Assembly (NCBI GenBank): GCA_947626275.1
Contig: CANQRL010000004.1
Span: 10,370-74,369, forward strand
Source of the DNA: an uncultured Bacilli bacterium
Lineage (GTDB): Bacteria > Bacillota_I > Bacilli_A > RF39 > UBA660
DNA: 64,000 nt
Reading direction: 5' to 3'
Shown here: in pieces, positions 18,825 through 28,610 of the stretch
Numbering within the stretch: the first letter of the stretch is position 1
How the letters are laid out: the number at the start of each line of letters is the position of its first letter
Translations under genes and position numbers: made by a program
The notes under the pieces: model-generated
What the model was told of the DNA's origin: nothing
Databases searched by the model: none
The model's input: the letters and a program-made list of their open reading frames with translations, nothing else

Positions 18825-20267
18825 TTACACTACTTTTCCATCTAAACTCCAAGTCTTAACATCGGTAATCTCGACATCGACAATCTTGCCAATCGTTTCC
18901 TCATTTCCATCTACATTGACTAATTTCATTGTCTCTGTATATCCCATTAAATTTCCTTTTTCTGAAGGACCTTCAATGAGAACTTTTACCACTTTTCCTA
19001 AATATTCTTGATTCTTTTTGTTGGCATATTCATTGACTAAGGCATTTAATTCATATAATCTCTGATTCTTTTCCTCTAAAGAGGTTATATCTTTCATTTT
19101 AGCGGCCGGTGTCCCTTCTCGAGGAGAAAAGATAAAGGTAAAAGCAGAATCGTATTCACAAGTTTTAACTACTTCCAACGTTTCTTCAAAGTCTTCTCTT
19201 GTCTCTCCTGGAAAACCAACGATAATATCGGTTGTAAGGGCAAGATTTGGAATTTTTTCTTTCAACTTAGATACGAGTTCTAAATACTGTGCTTTGGTAT
19301 ATCTTCTTCCCATCAATTTTAAAATGCGATCAGATCCACTTTGTAAAGGAAGATGAACATACGGCATAATGTTGTCATAAGAACTGATGACATCAATCAT
19401 CGCATCGTTAAAATCCCAAGGATGACTGGTCATAAAACGAATTCTTGGAATACCGGTTTTCGCAACCATCTCTAAAAGCGTTCCCATATCACAAGGATCC
19501 TCTAAATCTTTTCCATAGGCATTGACATTTTGACCTAGTAAAGTTACTTCTTGATAACCCTTTTTCACTAAATCTTCTACTTCACTAACGATGAGTTCTG
19601 GTTTTCTACTTCTTTGTTTACCACGCGTATAAGGAACGATACAGTACGTACAGAACTTATCACATCCAAACATGATATTGACCCAAGCTTTATATTTAGA
19701 GTCTCTTTTAACAGGGATATTCTCCACTACTTCGCCTTCTTTACTGAAGACTTCAATCTCTTGTTCTCGGCGTGCCATCGAACGTTCTAAGATATAAGGA
19801 AGACGGTGAATATTATGAGTACCGAAAACGATATCTACCCATTTATACTTTTTCATAAGAGCGTCTACTACGCTTTCCTCTTGCGCCATACATCCACAGA
19901 TAGCCGTAATAATATGTGGTCTTTCTTCTTTTAAATGCTTTACTCTTCCTAAAAAACCAAACATTTTATTATGGGCATTTTCTCGAATCGCACAAGTGTT
20001 CAAAAGGATAAAATCGGCTTGTTCAAAATCTTCTGTCTCTTGAAAAGACATAGACTCTAAAATAGCTTTAATGTTCTCAGAGTCATGAACGTTCATCTGA
20101 CAACCATACGTCTTAATATAATAGTATTTTCCTTGACCTAGTTTCTTTAAATCCTCACTCAATTCATACTTCTCTTCAATAAAAGGAATCTTATTGCGAG
20201 TTCTCTTTTGAGCCTCTTTTAAACTTGGTAAATTCATAGTATCACTTCCACTTCTCCATGATACCAT
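18825..20267 (-). CDS. miaB: tRNA-i6A37 methylthiotransferase MiaB
   Basis: YYIKTYGCQMNVHDSE MTTase N-domain, radical-SAM CxxxCxxC (CDKFCTYC), C-terminal TRAM; true start may be Met11 (20237). Confidence 0.85.
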   Translation of the reverse strand: MVSWRSGSDTMNLPSLKEAQKRTRNKIPFIEEKYELSEDLKKLGQGKYYYIKTYGCQMNVHDSENIKAILESMSFQETEDFEQADFILLNTCAIRENAHNKMFGFLGRVKHLKEERPHIITAICGCMAQEESVVDALMKKYKWVDIVFGTHNIHRLPYILERSMARREQEIEVFSKEGEVVENIPVKRDSKYKAWVNIMFGCDKFCTYCIVPYTRGKQRSRKPELIVSEVEDLVKKGYQEVTLLGQNVNAYGKDLEDPCDMGTLLEMVAKTGIPRIRFMTSHPWDFNDAMIDVISSYDNIMPYVHLPLQSGSDRILKLMGRRYTKAQYLELVSKLKEKIPNLALTTDIIVGFPGETREDFEETLEVVKTCEYDSAFTFIFSPREGTPAAKMKDITSLEEKNQRLYELNALVNEYANKKNQEYLGKVVKVLIEGPSEKGNLMGYTETMKLVNVDGNEETIGKIVDVEITDVKTWSLDGKVV

Positions 20268-20332
20268 AGATTTTCCCTTTTCACAAGAAAAATGATGGGA
20301 AGAAAGAGTTCTTTTATACGATTTCTTAAAAC

Positions 20333-20367
20333 AGAAAAAAAAGATAGATATCTATCTTTTTTTAACT
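20333..20367. terminator. bidirectional terminator downstream of SASP gene
   Basis: perfect palindrome aaagatagatatctatcttt flanked by A8 and T7. Confidence 0.65.
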
Positions 20368-20575
20368 ACTTTTGGAAGTTATTCATTCCTAGTTGTTGTT
20401 CTCCCATTTTTACTAATCTTTTAGTGATTTCTCCACCAACAGAACCATTAGCTCTTGAAGTAGCATCTGGACCCATAGCAACACCTAACTCTGAAGCTAT
20501 TTCATATTTCATTTTTTCGATAGCTTGTTTAGCACCTGGTACAACTAATTTATTTGTATTACTATTGTTATTCAT
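20366..20575 (-). CDS. small acid-soluble spore protein, alpha/beta type
   Basis: 69 aa [32 protein letters not shown]...[12 protein letters not shown]: both conserved SASP alpha/beta boxes; AGGAGGTGA RBS 6 nt before ATG at 20573-20575. Confidence 0.9.
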   Translation of the reverse strand: MNNNSNTNKLVVPGAKQAIEKMKYEIASELGVAMGPDATSRANGSVGGEITKRLVKMGEQQLGMNNFQK

Positions 20576-20641
20576 TTTTTTCACCTCCTGTACACTAATA
20601 GAATGTGTATAAAAGAGGTTTTCATACTTGGTAATTATTGG

Positions 20642-21811
20642 CTATAGTAATTCATCTTTTTCTTCTTGTCTTAAAGAAATGACTTCTATATTTTCCACAC
20701 ACTCAGAGACAAGCTCTTCATAGTTCCACCGTGATTCATATTCTATACATTTTTCCATATCTGGATTGATAACAGGATGTTTTGGTAAAAAGATGGTACA
20801 GCAATCTTCATATGGTAAAATGCTTGTTTCATAGGTTCCAATTTGTTTAGAAAGTTCAATAATTTCTAATTTATCCATGCAAGCAACAGGTCTAATTACC
20901 GGAATATTGGTTACACTATTAATAACTCGCATACTATCAAGCGTTTGACTGGCAACTTGACCAATCGATTCGCCATTTAAAATAATTTTTAATCTTCTTT
21001 TTTGAACGACTTTTTCGGCAATACGATACATCATTCTTCGCATAATCGTAATGACATAGCTTTCCGGAACATTTTTATATATTTCCTCTTGTAGTTTGGT
21101 AAAAGGAACGACTAATACTTTTAAATTGCCAGAATAAGCATTGATGATACTAGCTAGTTTTACCACTTTGTTTTTCGCTTCTAAACTGGTATGCGGAGGA
21201 GATTCAAAATACAAGCATTCCAAATCGACGCCTCTTTTTAAAGATAGATAGCCTGCGACAGGAGAGTCTATTCCCCCACTTAGCATGAGAAGACCTCTTC
21301 CTTGAATTCCAACAGGATATCCACCAATGCCTTTTATCTCTCTCACATAGAGAAATGTCCCTTCCTTACGAATTTCTACTTTAATCGTAAGTTCTGGTTG
21401 ATGTACATCTACTTTGCAAGAAAAATTTTTAAGAATAACACCACCTAATCTTCTACTTACTTCCATACTTTCGATAGGAAAATCCTTATCTGCTCTTTTC
21501 GTTTCTACTTTAAAAGTTTGAAAAGGAACATCTTGTAAAAGCGTCACTAAAGAAGAAGAAATCTCTTCCATATTAGTATTCACTTGATAACATTCTACTA
21601 TACTATGAATGCCAAATACTTTTGTTAATTTTTCAGTAATCGTCGAAAGCGATTCTCCTTCGATATACATTCTAACTCGATCATAACGAATTTGATAATT
21701 TTCACCCGCTAAAATGGCCTGAATATTTTTCACTAATAATTTAATAAAGGTTTTTCGATTTCCTTTTTTGGTAGTAAGTTCTCCATATTTAATCAACAAT
21801 AATTTTTTCAT
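20642..21811 (-). CDS. thiI: tRNA 4-thiouridine synthase ThiI
   Basis: THUMP region then PP-loop LSGGIDSPVAGYL; start at MKKLLLIKYGELTTK (ATG 21809-21811, AAGGAG RBS); thiI-ssp adjacency as in B. subtilis. Confidence 0.85.
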   Translation of the reverse strand: MKKLLLIKYGELTTKKGNRKTFIKLLVKNIQAILAGENYQIRYDRVRMYIEGESLSTITEKLTKVFGIHSIVECYQVNTNMEEISSSLVTLLQDVPFQTFKVETKRADKDFPIESMEVSRRLGGVILKNFSCKVDVHQPELTIKVEIRKEGTFLYVREIKGIGGYPVGIQGRGLLMLSGGIDSPVAGYLSLKRGVDLECLYFESPPHTSLEAKNKVVKLASIINAYSGNLKVLVVPFTKLQEEIYKNVPESYVITIMRRMMYRIAEKVVQKRRLKIILNGESIGQVASQTLDSMRVINSVTNIPVIRPVACMDKLEIIELSKQIGTYETSILPYEDCCTIFLPKHPVINPDMEKCIEYESRWNYEELVSECVENIEVISLRQEEKDELL

Positions 21812-21902
21812 AACGACTCCTTGACATGACAAATATCATTTTATCACATTTTTTTCATTCACAAAATAATTTTACGAAAAAAGGACTAGAATATTAGTCC
21901 TT

Positions 21903-23363
21903 CTATGACATTACCTTCGTAAATTCCCCATTGACTGTATTGAATTTATAAGTACTATAAGCATTTTCATCTTCAGCATTTTCCATGATATAAATCGTTA
22001 CAACGGTTCCATCTAATTCCACTTTAAAAGTAGGAACTTGACTTGTTACTCTTCCTCTAAAACCAGTTACATAGGTTGGAACAACATCTTTTAATTGCGC
22101 TTCTTCTTGATAATTTAAGATATTAAACTGTTTATTTTTCGCAATAAAAACAAAGCTCTTAAGAGGAATAATCATATCATAGCTTTCTTGGAATAATTCT
22201 TTTCCCATTAAATCTAATAAACGCCAACTTCCCTCTTTTTGAACCGCTACCGCATCATATCCACTATAATAAATATCTTCATATTCAAAAGGAATTAATT
22301 CCTGTCCATCATCAAGAGAAATCAGTCCCCATTTTCCTTCTTTATTAGCCGTAATAATCATCTTATCATAGGAGTAGTCAGTAACATCTCCTCCACCAAA
22401 AGAATAGGCCATATCTTCATATTCGAAGGGAATAATCTCTTTTCCATCTGTCGAAATAACGCCAAATCCTTCCTCTTTTTCAGCGAGGAACGCAACTGTT
22501 TTTCCCTCTTTTACTAAATTTTTTAAACTGAGAAAATCATCTGTTATTTTCTTTTGATGAACATAATCGTAAAGAAAGATATCCTCGCCATCTTGAATCG
22601 CAATGACTCCATTTTCATGATATTGATATCTTCCTAAGGAATAGATAGAGCAATTTTTTTTGCATAAATAAGAATCAAAAACTTCCGATCCTTTGAGAAA
22701 GTCAATACTATCCTCTTTTTCTTCATAGCTATAGTTGGAATCGACGACTGTCCCCTCTTCCTTTTTCTCTTCCTTAGGTTGTTCATCTTTAGAATAGATT
22801 GCAAAATAATAGTAAAGACCTGCTCCCATCAAAAGGAGAAAAAGAAGAAGAATGAAAATCCAAGCTTTACTCTTCTTTTGTGGTAAGAAAAACTCATCAT
22901 CATCAGAAAAGATTTGCACTTCTTTGACTAAATCGTTTAATGCTTCTGTATGACTACTAGGTTGTGGTTTATTTACTACTGCTTGTTCTTGAGAAACTTC
23001 TGGATTCACCGTGTCTTGGTTAATCGGTTCAACAGGCTCTTCTACCTGATTTTCTTCCTCTTGAGAAGAAGCTTCCATAGAACCATGGCGAGGAGGCTCC
23101 TCTACCGAATGGGTATCCTCTTCTAAAGCTTCTGGCTCCGCTACTTCTTGATTTAGAGGTTCTGCAGGTTCTTCTATTTTCTCTGCTTCTACCTGATTTT
23201 CTTCTATTTCCATAGAGCCGTGACGAGGAGATTCCTCTATCGGATGCGTCTTTATTTCAGAAATTTCTGAAGTTGGCGTTTCTTCATTAACCGGTTCTTC
23301 TTGTACACGAGTATGTTGATTTCTTCTTTTTTCTTTCTTATTTTGCCATTTTTTATTTGGCAT
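21903..23363 (-). CDS. WG-repeat membrane protein with acidic cytoplasmic N-terminal region
   Basis: TM AWIFILLLFLLLMGAGLYYYFAIY; C-terminal repeats ...KWGLISLDDGQELIPFEYEDIYY... (WG repeat pattern); AGGTGA RBS. Confidence 0.55.
   Translation of the reverse strand: MPNKKWQNKKEKRRNQHTRVQEEPVNEETPTSEISEIKTHPIEESPRHGSMEIEENQVEAEKIEEPAEPLNQEVAEPEALEEDTHSVEEPPRHGSMEASSQEEENQVEEPVEPINQDTVNPEVSQEQAVVNKPQPSSHTEALNDLVKEVQIFSDDDEFFLPQKKSKAWIFILLLFLLLMGAGLYYYFAIYSKDEQPKEEKKEEGTVVDSNYSYEEKEDSIDFLKGSEVFDSYLCKKNCSIYSLGRYQYHENGVIAIQDGEDIFLYDYVHQKKITDDFLSLKNLVKEGKTVAFLAEKEEGFGVISTDGKEIIPFEYEDMAYSFGGGDVTDYSYDKMIITANKEGKWGLISLDDGQELIPFEYEDIYYSGYDAVAVQKEGSWRLLDLMGKELFQESYDMIIPLKSFVFIAKNKQFNILNYQEEAQLKDVVPTYVTGFRGRVTSQVPTFKVELDGTVVTIYIMENAEDENAYSTYKFNTVNGEFTKVMS
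23042..23258. repeat. imperfect direct duplication (about 75 bp x2, spaced about 148 bp) inside WG-repeat gene
   Basis: ctacctgattttcttc...ccat(a/g)ga(a/g)cc(a/g)tg(g/a)cgaggag...ctcta(c/t)cg(a/g)atg; encodes EESPRHGSMEIEENQVE / EEPPRHGSMEASSQEEENQVEE. Confidence 0.7.
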
Positions 23364-23371
23364 ATTTTCAC

Positions 23372-25099
23372 CTACTTACTTTCACTATTGTATAGATACA
23401 TCAATTTTTCATAGACGCTTGGTTCTATTTTATTTAAAAGACTAATTGTAAGTTCTAAAGATTTTTGATATTCGCCTTTTAAAAATAGTTGTTCAGAAAG
23501 ATTGAGCTTATTACTTAATCCTTCATAGCTACTGCGATAACGGTTACTATAAACCAAAGCCGTTTCGGCAAAAGTAGCAGTACGGATTAAATTCTTCGTC
23601 TTCGTATATAATTTTAAAACCAAATCTCTTGCTGTATCGACTCTCGTATTCAAAACGCTTATCGTAATTGGTTTCTTATCGAGTTCTCGAACAATTTCCC
23701 GAATAGCGCTCATGGCTTCTTTTAGCTCAACATAGTAACTTTGTGGAATATAAGGCAAATTATACTTTCTCATTTGCATCTTAGAGTCTTTCAAAATCAC
23801 TTTAATTTCATCTAATTGTTGACGAGCTCTAATCTCATCATCACGCATACTACCAATCGCATCTAAGGAGTTATCGAGTTTATCCTCAATTTTCGCAAGC
23901 GCTAAAGTAAGACCCTCTAGTTCCTTCAACAATTTAGAATATGCAAAACTGGTATTATTAGAAGTATGATCGATTAAAACCTGATAATTAGATCCTACTT
24001 CTTTTAAATCCTCATATAGTTTTTTTAAGACTTCAATGTCTTCCTCAGATAGATTATAAATATTTTTAATATCCTCTAATTGATTAAAGATATTCTCAAC
24101 AACGGAACTAATCTTCGCTAATTTCGTTCGGAAAGTCGCATTACTATCCTCATAGGTTGCTCGCGCAATTTTCTCTTTCTCAAAATCGTTAAATAAAGAA
24201 TCAAAGTAATCGAGTAAAACTTTTAGTTCGAATAATCCCTCTTCCAAATTTAAATTTTTAGTACGAACAATAATATCGCCAATCTTTTTATTTGCTTCAT
24301 CGATATTGTACTCTACATTTAAATAGTCTAGTGGATAACCTGCTTTTACCATTCGATTATATACTTCTTGAACTTCATTAATTCGCTTTGGAAGCACACT
24401 ATACGCAAGAAGGACAATAGAAGGAACTTCTTCAATCACAATTGCCATATGTTTTAGTAAATCGTTGATGATACGGATGATTTCATTGACCTCTGTATAT
24501 TCATTGTTATCCATGATCGTTTCAAAGTCTTCAAACCGTTTAGAAATTACTTCAAATTGGGCTTGAATCGCTTCCGCCATTGGTCCATATTCGTTTTTAG
24601 TACTTTGAAATTTTTGATGTAATTCCCGGAAACGAACTTTGAATTCCGTAATAATTTCACGGCTTCGCTCTTCACTAGAAGTAATCTCTTGAATCTCTCC
24701 TAATAAGAATTCCGAATTCGTTCTAACTTTATAGACTTCCATCTCTAACTTCGCCAATTTACAAAGTGTATTCTTATAACTTTTTTGGGATAGAGAATAT
24801 TCGGTATCGAGAATCATGTCGGTCAACTTTGGAATTTGTGTATCTTTAATATTTTGAAGTCTACTAGACCATTCTTTATACATCACTTCTAGTTTCTCAT
24901 TGTTTAAAATGGCTTCTACTTTCGCTAATTCAGGCACAATGGGAGAAGAATCTATTTTATTTTTTTCTATTTCTAGTCTCTCTAAAATTTTCTTAATACG
25001 TTTGGTTTTATTGCTACGAAGAAAGCAAATAACACCAATAATTAATAGGATTGTAACAATAACGATAGTAGCTATTACTAATGTTAAATTGTCCTCCAT
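23372..25099 (-). CDS. ezrA: septation ring formation regulator EzrA
   Basis: N-terminal TM (LTLVIATIVIVTILLIIGVICFL) followed by about 540 aa of coiled-coil spectrin-like repeats; start ATG 25097-25099 with AGGTGA RBS; position next to rpsD/thiI as in Bacilli. Confidence 0.75.
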   Translation of the reverse strand: MEDNLTLVIATIVIVTILLIIGVICFLRSNKTKRIKKILERLEIEKNKIDSSPIVPELAKVEAILNNEKLEVMYKEWSSRLQNIKDTQIPKLTDMILDTEYSLSQKSYKNTLCKLAKLEMEVYKVRTNSEFLLGEIQEITSSEERSREIITEFKVRFRELHQKFQSTKNEYGPMAEAIQAQFEVISKRFEDFETIMDNNEYTEVNEIIRIINDLLKHMAIVIEEVPSIVLLAYSVLPKRINEVQEVYNRMVKAGYPLDYLNVEYNIDEANKKIGDIIVRTKNLNLEEGLFELKVLLDYFDSLFNDFEKEKIARATYEDSNATFRTKLAKISSVVENIFNQLEDIKNIYNLSEEDIEVLKKLYEDLKEVGSNYQVLIDHTSNNTSFAYSKLLKELEGLTLALAKIEDKLDNSLDAIGSMRDDEIRARQQLDEIKVILKDSKMQMRKYNLPYIPQSYYVELKEAMSAIREIVRELDKKPITISVLNTRVDTARDLVLKLYTKTKNLIRTATFAETALVYSNRYRSSYEGLSNKLNLSEQLFLKGEYQKSLELTISLLNKIEPSVYEKLMYLYNSESK

Positions 25100-25205
25100 A
25101 CTATCACCTATTATTAAGTATATCATATTTTTTGTGATTTTTCGATAAATTTCCTAATATTTATCCAGTTATCCCTTATTTTTAGGGGACAAGTCCACTT
25201 TTTCC

Positions 25206-25234
25206 TTGACTTTATGAGGAATCCATACTATAAT
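25206..25234 (+). promoter_or_regulatory. sigma-A promoter of rpsD
   Basis: TTGACT (25206-25211) - 17 nt - TATAAT (25229-25234). Confidence 0.65.
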
Positions 25235-25240
25235 TATAAC

Positions 25241-25394
25241 TGCGATGAAGAAAGCAGCATGTTTTTTAAAGTTGTTAATGTGTCTATTACCTATAGGGGT
25301 TATTTGTAATCTAGCTGCAGGTGAATATATTTAAATAAGACACCCTAATAATGAGAAAAAACGGCTTCATTCATCATTAGAAAGGAGAATGAAG
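25241..25394 (+). promoter_or_regulatory. rpsD 5' leader (about 150 nt), candidate S4 autoregulatory target
   Basis: long structured untranslated leader between consensus promoter and AAGGAG RBS; rpsD is S4-autoregulated via its leader in B. subtilis. Confidence 0.4.
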
Positions 25395-25997
25395 ATGTCA
25401 AGATACACAAATTCCAGTTACCGTAAATCACGTCGTCTTGGTTTCTCTATTTTGGAAACTGGCGAAGAATTAGGAAGAAAGCCTTATGCTCCAGGACAAC
25501 ATGGTAATAAACGTGGTAAGAAATTATCTGACTACGGTGTTCAGTTACAAGAAAAGCAAAAAGTTAGATTTATGTATGGTCTAAACGAAAAGCAATTCCA
25601 TAAAACTTTCGTCCTTGCTGGTAAAATGAAAGGTGTTCATGGTGAAAACCTTCTTCGATTATTAGAGAGTCGTTTAGATAACATTTGTTATCGTATGGGT
25701 CTTTCTACTACAAGAAAAGGGGCTAGACAACTAGTAAACCATGGTCATGTTACCGTAAATGGAAAGAATGTTAACATTCCTTCTTATTCTTGTAAACCAG
25801 GAGATGTCATTGCTCTTAAAGAGAATGCCAAAGAATTAAAAATTGTAAAAGCTTCTCTAGAAGCTCTAACAAGACGTGTAGACTTTGTAACTTTTGATGA
25901 TAGTAAAATGTCTGGTACTTATGTAAGATATCCAGAAAGAAGCGAACTTAACGCTGATATTAATGAATCATTAATCGTTGAATACTACAACAGATAG
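25395..25997 (+). CDS. rpsD: 30S ribosomal protein S4
   Basis: [29 protein letters not shown]...; start at second ATG (25395), 7 nt after AAGGAG. Confidence 0.9.
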   Translation: MSRYTNSSYRKSRRLGFSILETGEELGRKPYAPGQHGNKRGKKLSDYGVQLQEKQKVRFMYGLNEKQFHKTFVLAGKMKGVHGENLLRLLESRLDNICYRMGLSTTRKGARQLVNHGHVTVNGKNVNIPSYSCKPGDVIALKENAKELKIVKASLEALTRRVDFVTFDDSKMSGTYVRYPERSELNADINESLIVEYYNR

Positions 25998-26030
25998 AAA
26001 AAAAGGAAAGATATACTTTCCTTTTTTTAT
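25998..26030. terminator. bidirectional rho-independent terminator (rpsD and convergent gene)
   Basis: aaaggaaag-atatac-tttccttt hairpin flanked by A7 and T7. Confidence 0.7.
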
Positions 26031-26803
26031 CGGACTTTTTTCCCCTTCCCTATCATTGTTAAAAGATCAGGCATTAGGTCGCACATCTGATCATAAGTAT
26101 ATTCAGGATGAGCCAAAGCTTCTTGAAAAGAACTTTCATCGGGCATACAATTCCATAAAAGACGAACGTGTTCCGCAGAACGACGTACATCTAATGATTG
26201 TCGAATTAACTCCAAAGCATCTGGATTATTCTTAACGGCTACGACATATTGCTTTAATTGATCATCGGTAAAGATACTCAAATCTTCTCCTGGAAACAAT
26301 CTTGTTGCCTCAATTCGCCATTTCGTATATTCTTCTTTTGTACCATCGAAATGATATCCTTCTTCGACAACCGTTAAACGATAACGTTCTAAAATCATTT
26401 TCTGTATCATGGTTGCTCGAAAAGCGTATTCCTGAAAAGTTTTTCTCATTCGATGAAGAGACGATTCTTGATCTAAGGTATTTAAATATTTTTGGAGGAT
26501 ATTTTGAATTCTCATAATTTCATCAAAACTATCCACATGACTCGGATCAGATTTGAATTGATAGTCAGGAATTTGATAGATTTTATTAATAACCGATTGA
26601 TTATAATCTAAAAAAGCTTTTAAATCAGCTCTTAACGACTCTAGTTCCTCTTTTTCATCGACAACTGGTGTTCTACGTTCTAGTTTCTCTAAAGGCTTTT
26701 TTTCCTCTAAAGATATGGGACTAATACGCGTTAATTCTTCCTTTCTCTGTAGAGAGGGAGATTTCCACTTTTCTAGTAATGTTCCAAATAACTTAAGTCC
26801 CAT
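26027..26803 (-). CDS. hypothetical protein
   Basis: 258-aa ORF with GGTGA RBS; no recognisable motif. Confidence 0.45.
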   Translation of the reverse strand: MGLKLFGTLLEKWKSPSLQRKEELTRISPISLEEKKPLEKLERRTPVVDEKEELESLRADLKAFLDYNQSVINKIYQIPDYQFKSDPSHVDSFDEIMRIQNILQKYLNTLDQESSLHRMRKTFQEYAFRATMIQKMILERYRLTVVEEGYHFDGTKEEYTKWRIEATRLFPGEDLSIFTDDQLKQYVVAVKNNPDALELIRQSLDVRRSAEHVRLLWNCMPDESSFQEALAHPEYTYDQMCDLMPDLLTMIGKGKKVR

Positions 26804-26833
26804 AGTATCACCATAACCATTATATCAAACTAT

Positions 26834-26857
26834 CAAAAAAAGCTCAATAATGAGCTT
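26834..26857 (-). terminator. rho-independent terminator after tyrS
   Basis: agctca-ataa-tgagct hairpin abutting tyrS stop, U7 on minus strand. Confidence 0.55.
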
Positions 26858-28087
26858 TTATTCCTGTTCAAAAATACCCATATAGTATTTCTTTTTTCCT
26901 TTCCGAACAACGAGGACTTTACCATCAATCGCCATACTTTTCTCAATCATCATTGCTTCTTCTGTTACTTTTTCCCCATTGATAGAAATAGAACCAGCTG
27001 CTAAAAATTCTCTAGCCTCTCTTCGACTACTCGCAATGCCATTTTCGACTAACATATCAATTAAAGTCATTGGTTTCACTTGAAAGTTTGGCACATCTTT
27101 TAACCCATCTTCAATTTCTTCTAAAGACAATTCTTTGATATTTCCACTAAAGAGCACTTCACTAATATGAAGGGCTTTTTCATACTCTTCTTCACCGTGA
27201 AGGAACGTGATAACTTCATGCGCAAGAGCTTTTTGAGCAATTCTTTCCTCTGGCTTTTCTTGATGTCTTTTTTCAATCTCTTCAATCTCTTCCTTCGTTA
27301 AAAAAGTCAATTTCTTTAAGTAGTCGATAACGCATAAATCACTAGAATTAATTAAGTATTGATAAAGTTCATAACTAGATGTTTTTTCCTTATCTAGCCA
27401 TAGAGCATTTCCTTCTGTCTTTCCAAATTTAACACCATTAGCATCTAAAACAAGTGGCATCGTCATACCGAAGAGTTCCACATCTTTCATCTTTCTAGCA
27501 AGCTCAATACCAGTCGTGATATTTCCCCACTGATCAGAACCAGCCACTTGAAGAGTAACGCCTTTATCCTCATATAGATGGACAAAATCCATTCCCTGCA
27601 ATAACGTATAGGCAAATTCACAGAACGTAATTCCAGAATCCAATCTTCTACTAATGATATCTTTATCTAACATGTAATTAACGTTAATATATTTTCCGTA
27701 ATCCCTTAAAAAGTCAAGAATGGTAATATCTTTTGTCCAATCGTAGTTATTCACTACTTCAAAGCCAAAGATTTTTTCGGCTTGTCGAGTAAGTCCTTCC
27801 ACATTTTTTAAAACCGCTTCTTTGGAAATCATTTGACGCTCTTGACTAGGTTTTGGATCACCAATTAATCCCGTTGCACCTCCAACTAAAAGAATAGGAT
27901 GGTGTCCATAACGCGCTAACCGAGTCGCGATTAAGAAAGAAGAAAAGTGTCCGATATGCATCGAATCGGCTGTTGGATCTGTTCCAATATAAAAAGTTAA
28001 TTTTTCTTCATTTAATTTTTTTTCTAACTCTGGCGAACTGATATCTTTAATAAGTCCACGCCATTTTAAATCTTCCACTAATGTCAT
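26858..28087 (-). CDS. tyrS: tyrosine--tRNA ligase
   Basis: HIGH motif (SMHIGHF), KMSKS-like KFGKTEG, C-terminal S4 domain; 10-nt gap to upstream gene (operon-internal). Confidence 0.9.
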   Translation of the reverse strand: MTLVEDLKWRGLIKDISSPELEKKLNEEKLTFYIGTDPTADSMHIGHFSSFLIATRLARYGHHPILLVGGATGLIGDPKPSQERQMISKEAVLKNVEGLTRQAEKIFGFEVVNNYDWTKDITILDFLRDYGKYINVNYMLDKDIISRRLDSGITFCEFAYTLLQGMDFVHLYEDKGVTLQVAGSDQWGNITTGIELARKMKDVELFGMTMPLVLDANGVKFGKTEGNALWLDKEKTSSYELYQYLINSSDLCVIDYLKKLTFLTKEEIEEIEKRHQEKPEERIAQKALAHEVITFLHGEEEYEKALHISEVLFSGNIKELSLEEIEDGLKDVPNFQVKPMTLIDMLVENGIASSRREAREFLAAGSISINGEKVTEEAMMIEKSMAIDGKVLVVRKGKKKYYMGIFEQE

Positions 28088-28097
28088 AATATTCCTC

Positions 28098-28610
28098 CTA
28101 ATAATTACTATTTAACCTCGCTAAAGTAATCTCCTGCTTTTTCGAAATCGCTTCTAAGATTTCCTCTTCTTCAAAATGAAATAACTCTCCTAAATAAAGA
28201 AGATTTGTCAAAATATCTTTTATTACATCTTCTTTTAATTCTTCTAATAATTCTGTTCCCTTTTGATAGAGATGATTGATAACTTCATAAACATTCTCAC
28301 TATCGATGCGACGGGAAAGTTCTAATGGCATCTGTAAGAGATGATAGAAAAGTAAGGTCATCGTAATACAATCCGCGAATTCCTCTAATTCTTTTTCTCT
28401 ATCTGGTGATTTAACCGTCCAGTACTTGAAGCATTTAGTCTCATTTACAAACTCCCCTATTTCCACTAACAGTTCAATAACGTTTTTTTGGTGATAATCG
28501 GGGGTTGTTGCATACCTCTTTATAAAAACATCATCTAACGATTGGTTTGTCTCGTAGATAGTCTGCCATTTTTCACGCATCATGAGAACACTCTCCATGG
28601 CAATCATCAC
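28098..28610 (-). CDS. all-alpha NTP pyrophosphohydrolase-like protein (dimeric dUTPase/MazG-like), putative
   Basis: 170-aa ORF; acidic helix motifs ELLVEIGEF / EELKEDV; start uncertain (Met10/11 at about 28583 reduces overlap with deoC); family assignment tentative. Confidence 0.35.
   Translation of the reverse strand: MMIAMESVLMMREKWQTIYETNQSLDDVFIKRYATTPDYHQKNVIELLVEIGEFVNETKCFKYWTVKSPDREKELEEFADCITMTLLFYHLLQMPLELSRRIDSENVYEVINHLYQKGTELLEELKEDVIKDILTNLLYLGELFHFEEEEILEAISKKQEITLARLNSNY

Noticed and set aside
20292-20612. 106-aa plus-strand ORF
   Set aside because: It lies antisense to the well-supported SASP gene and spans its terminator. It has no RBS.
25978-26235. 85-aa plus-strand ORF starting inside the rpsD terminator
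   Set aside because: It begins within the rpsD terminator hairpin and runs antisense to the convergent minus-strand gene.
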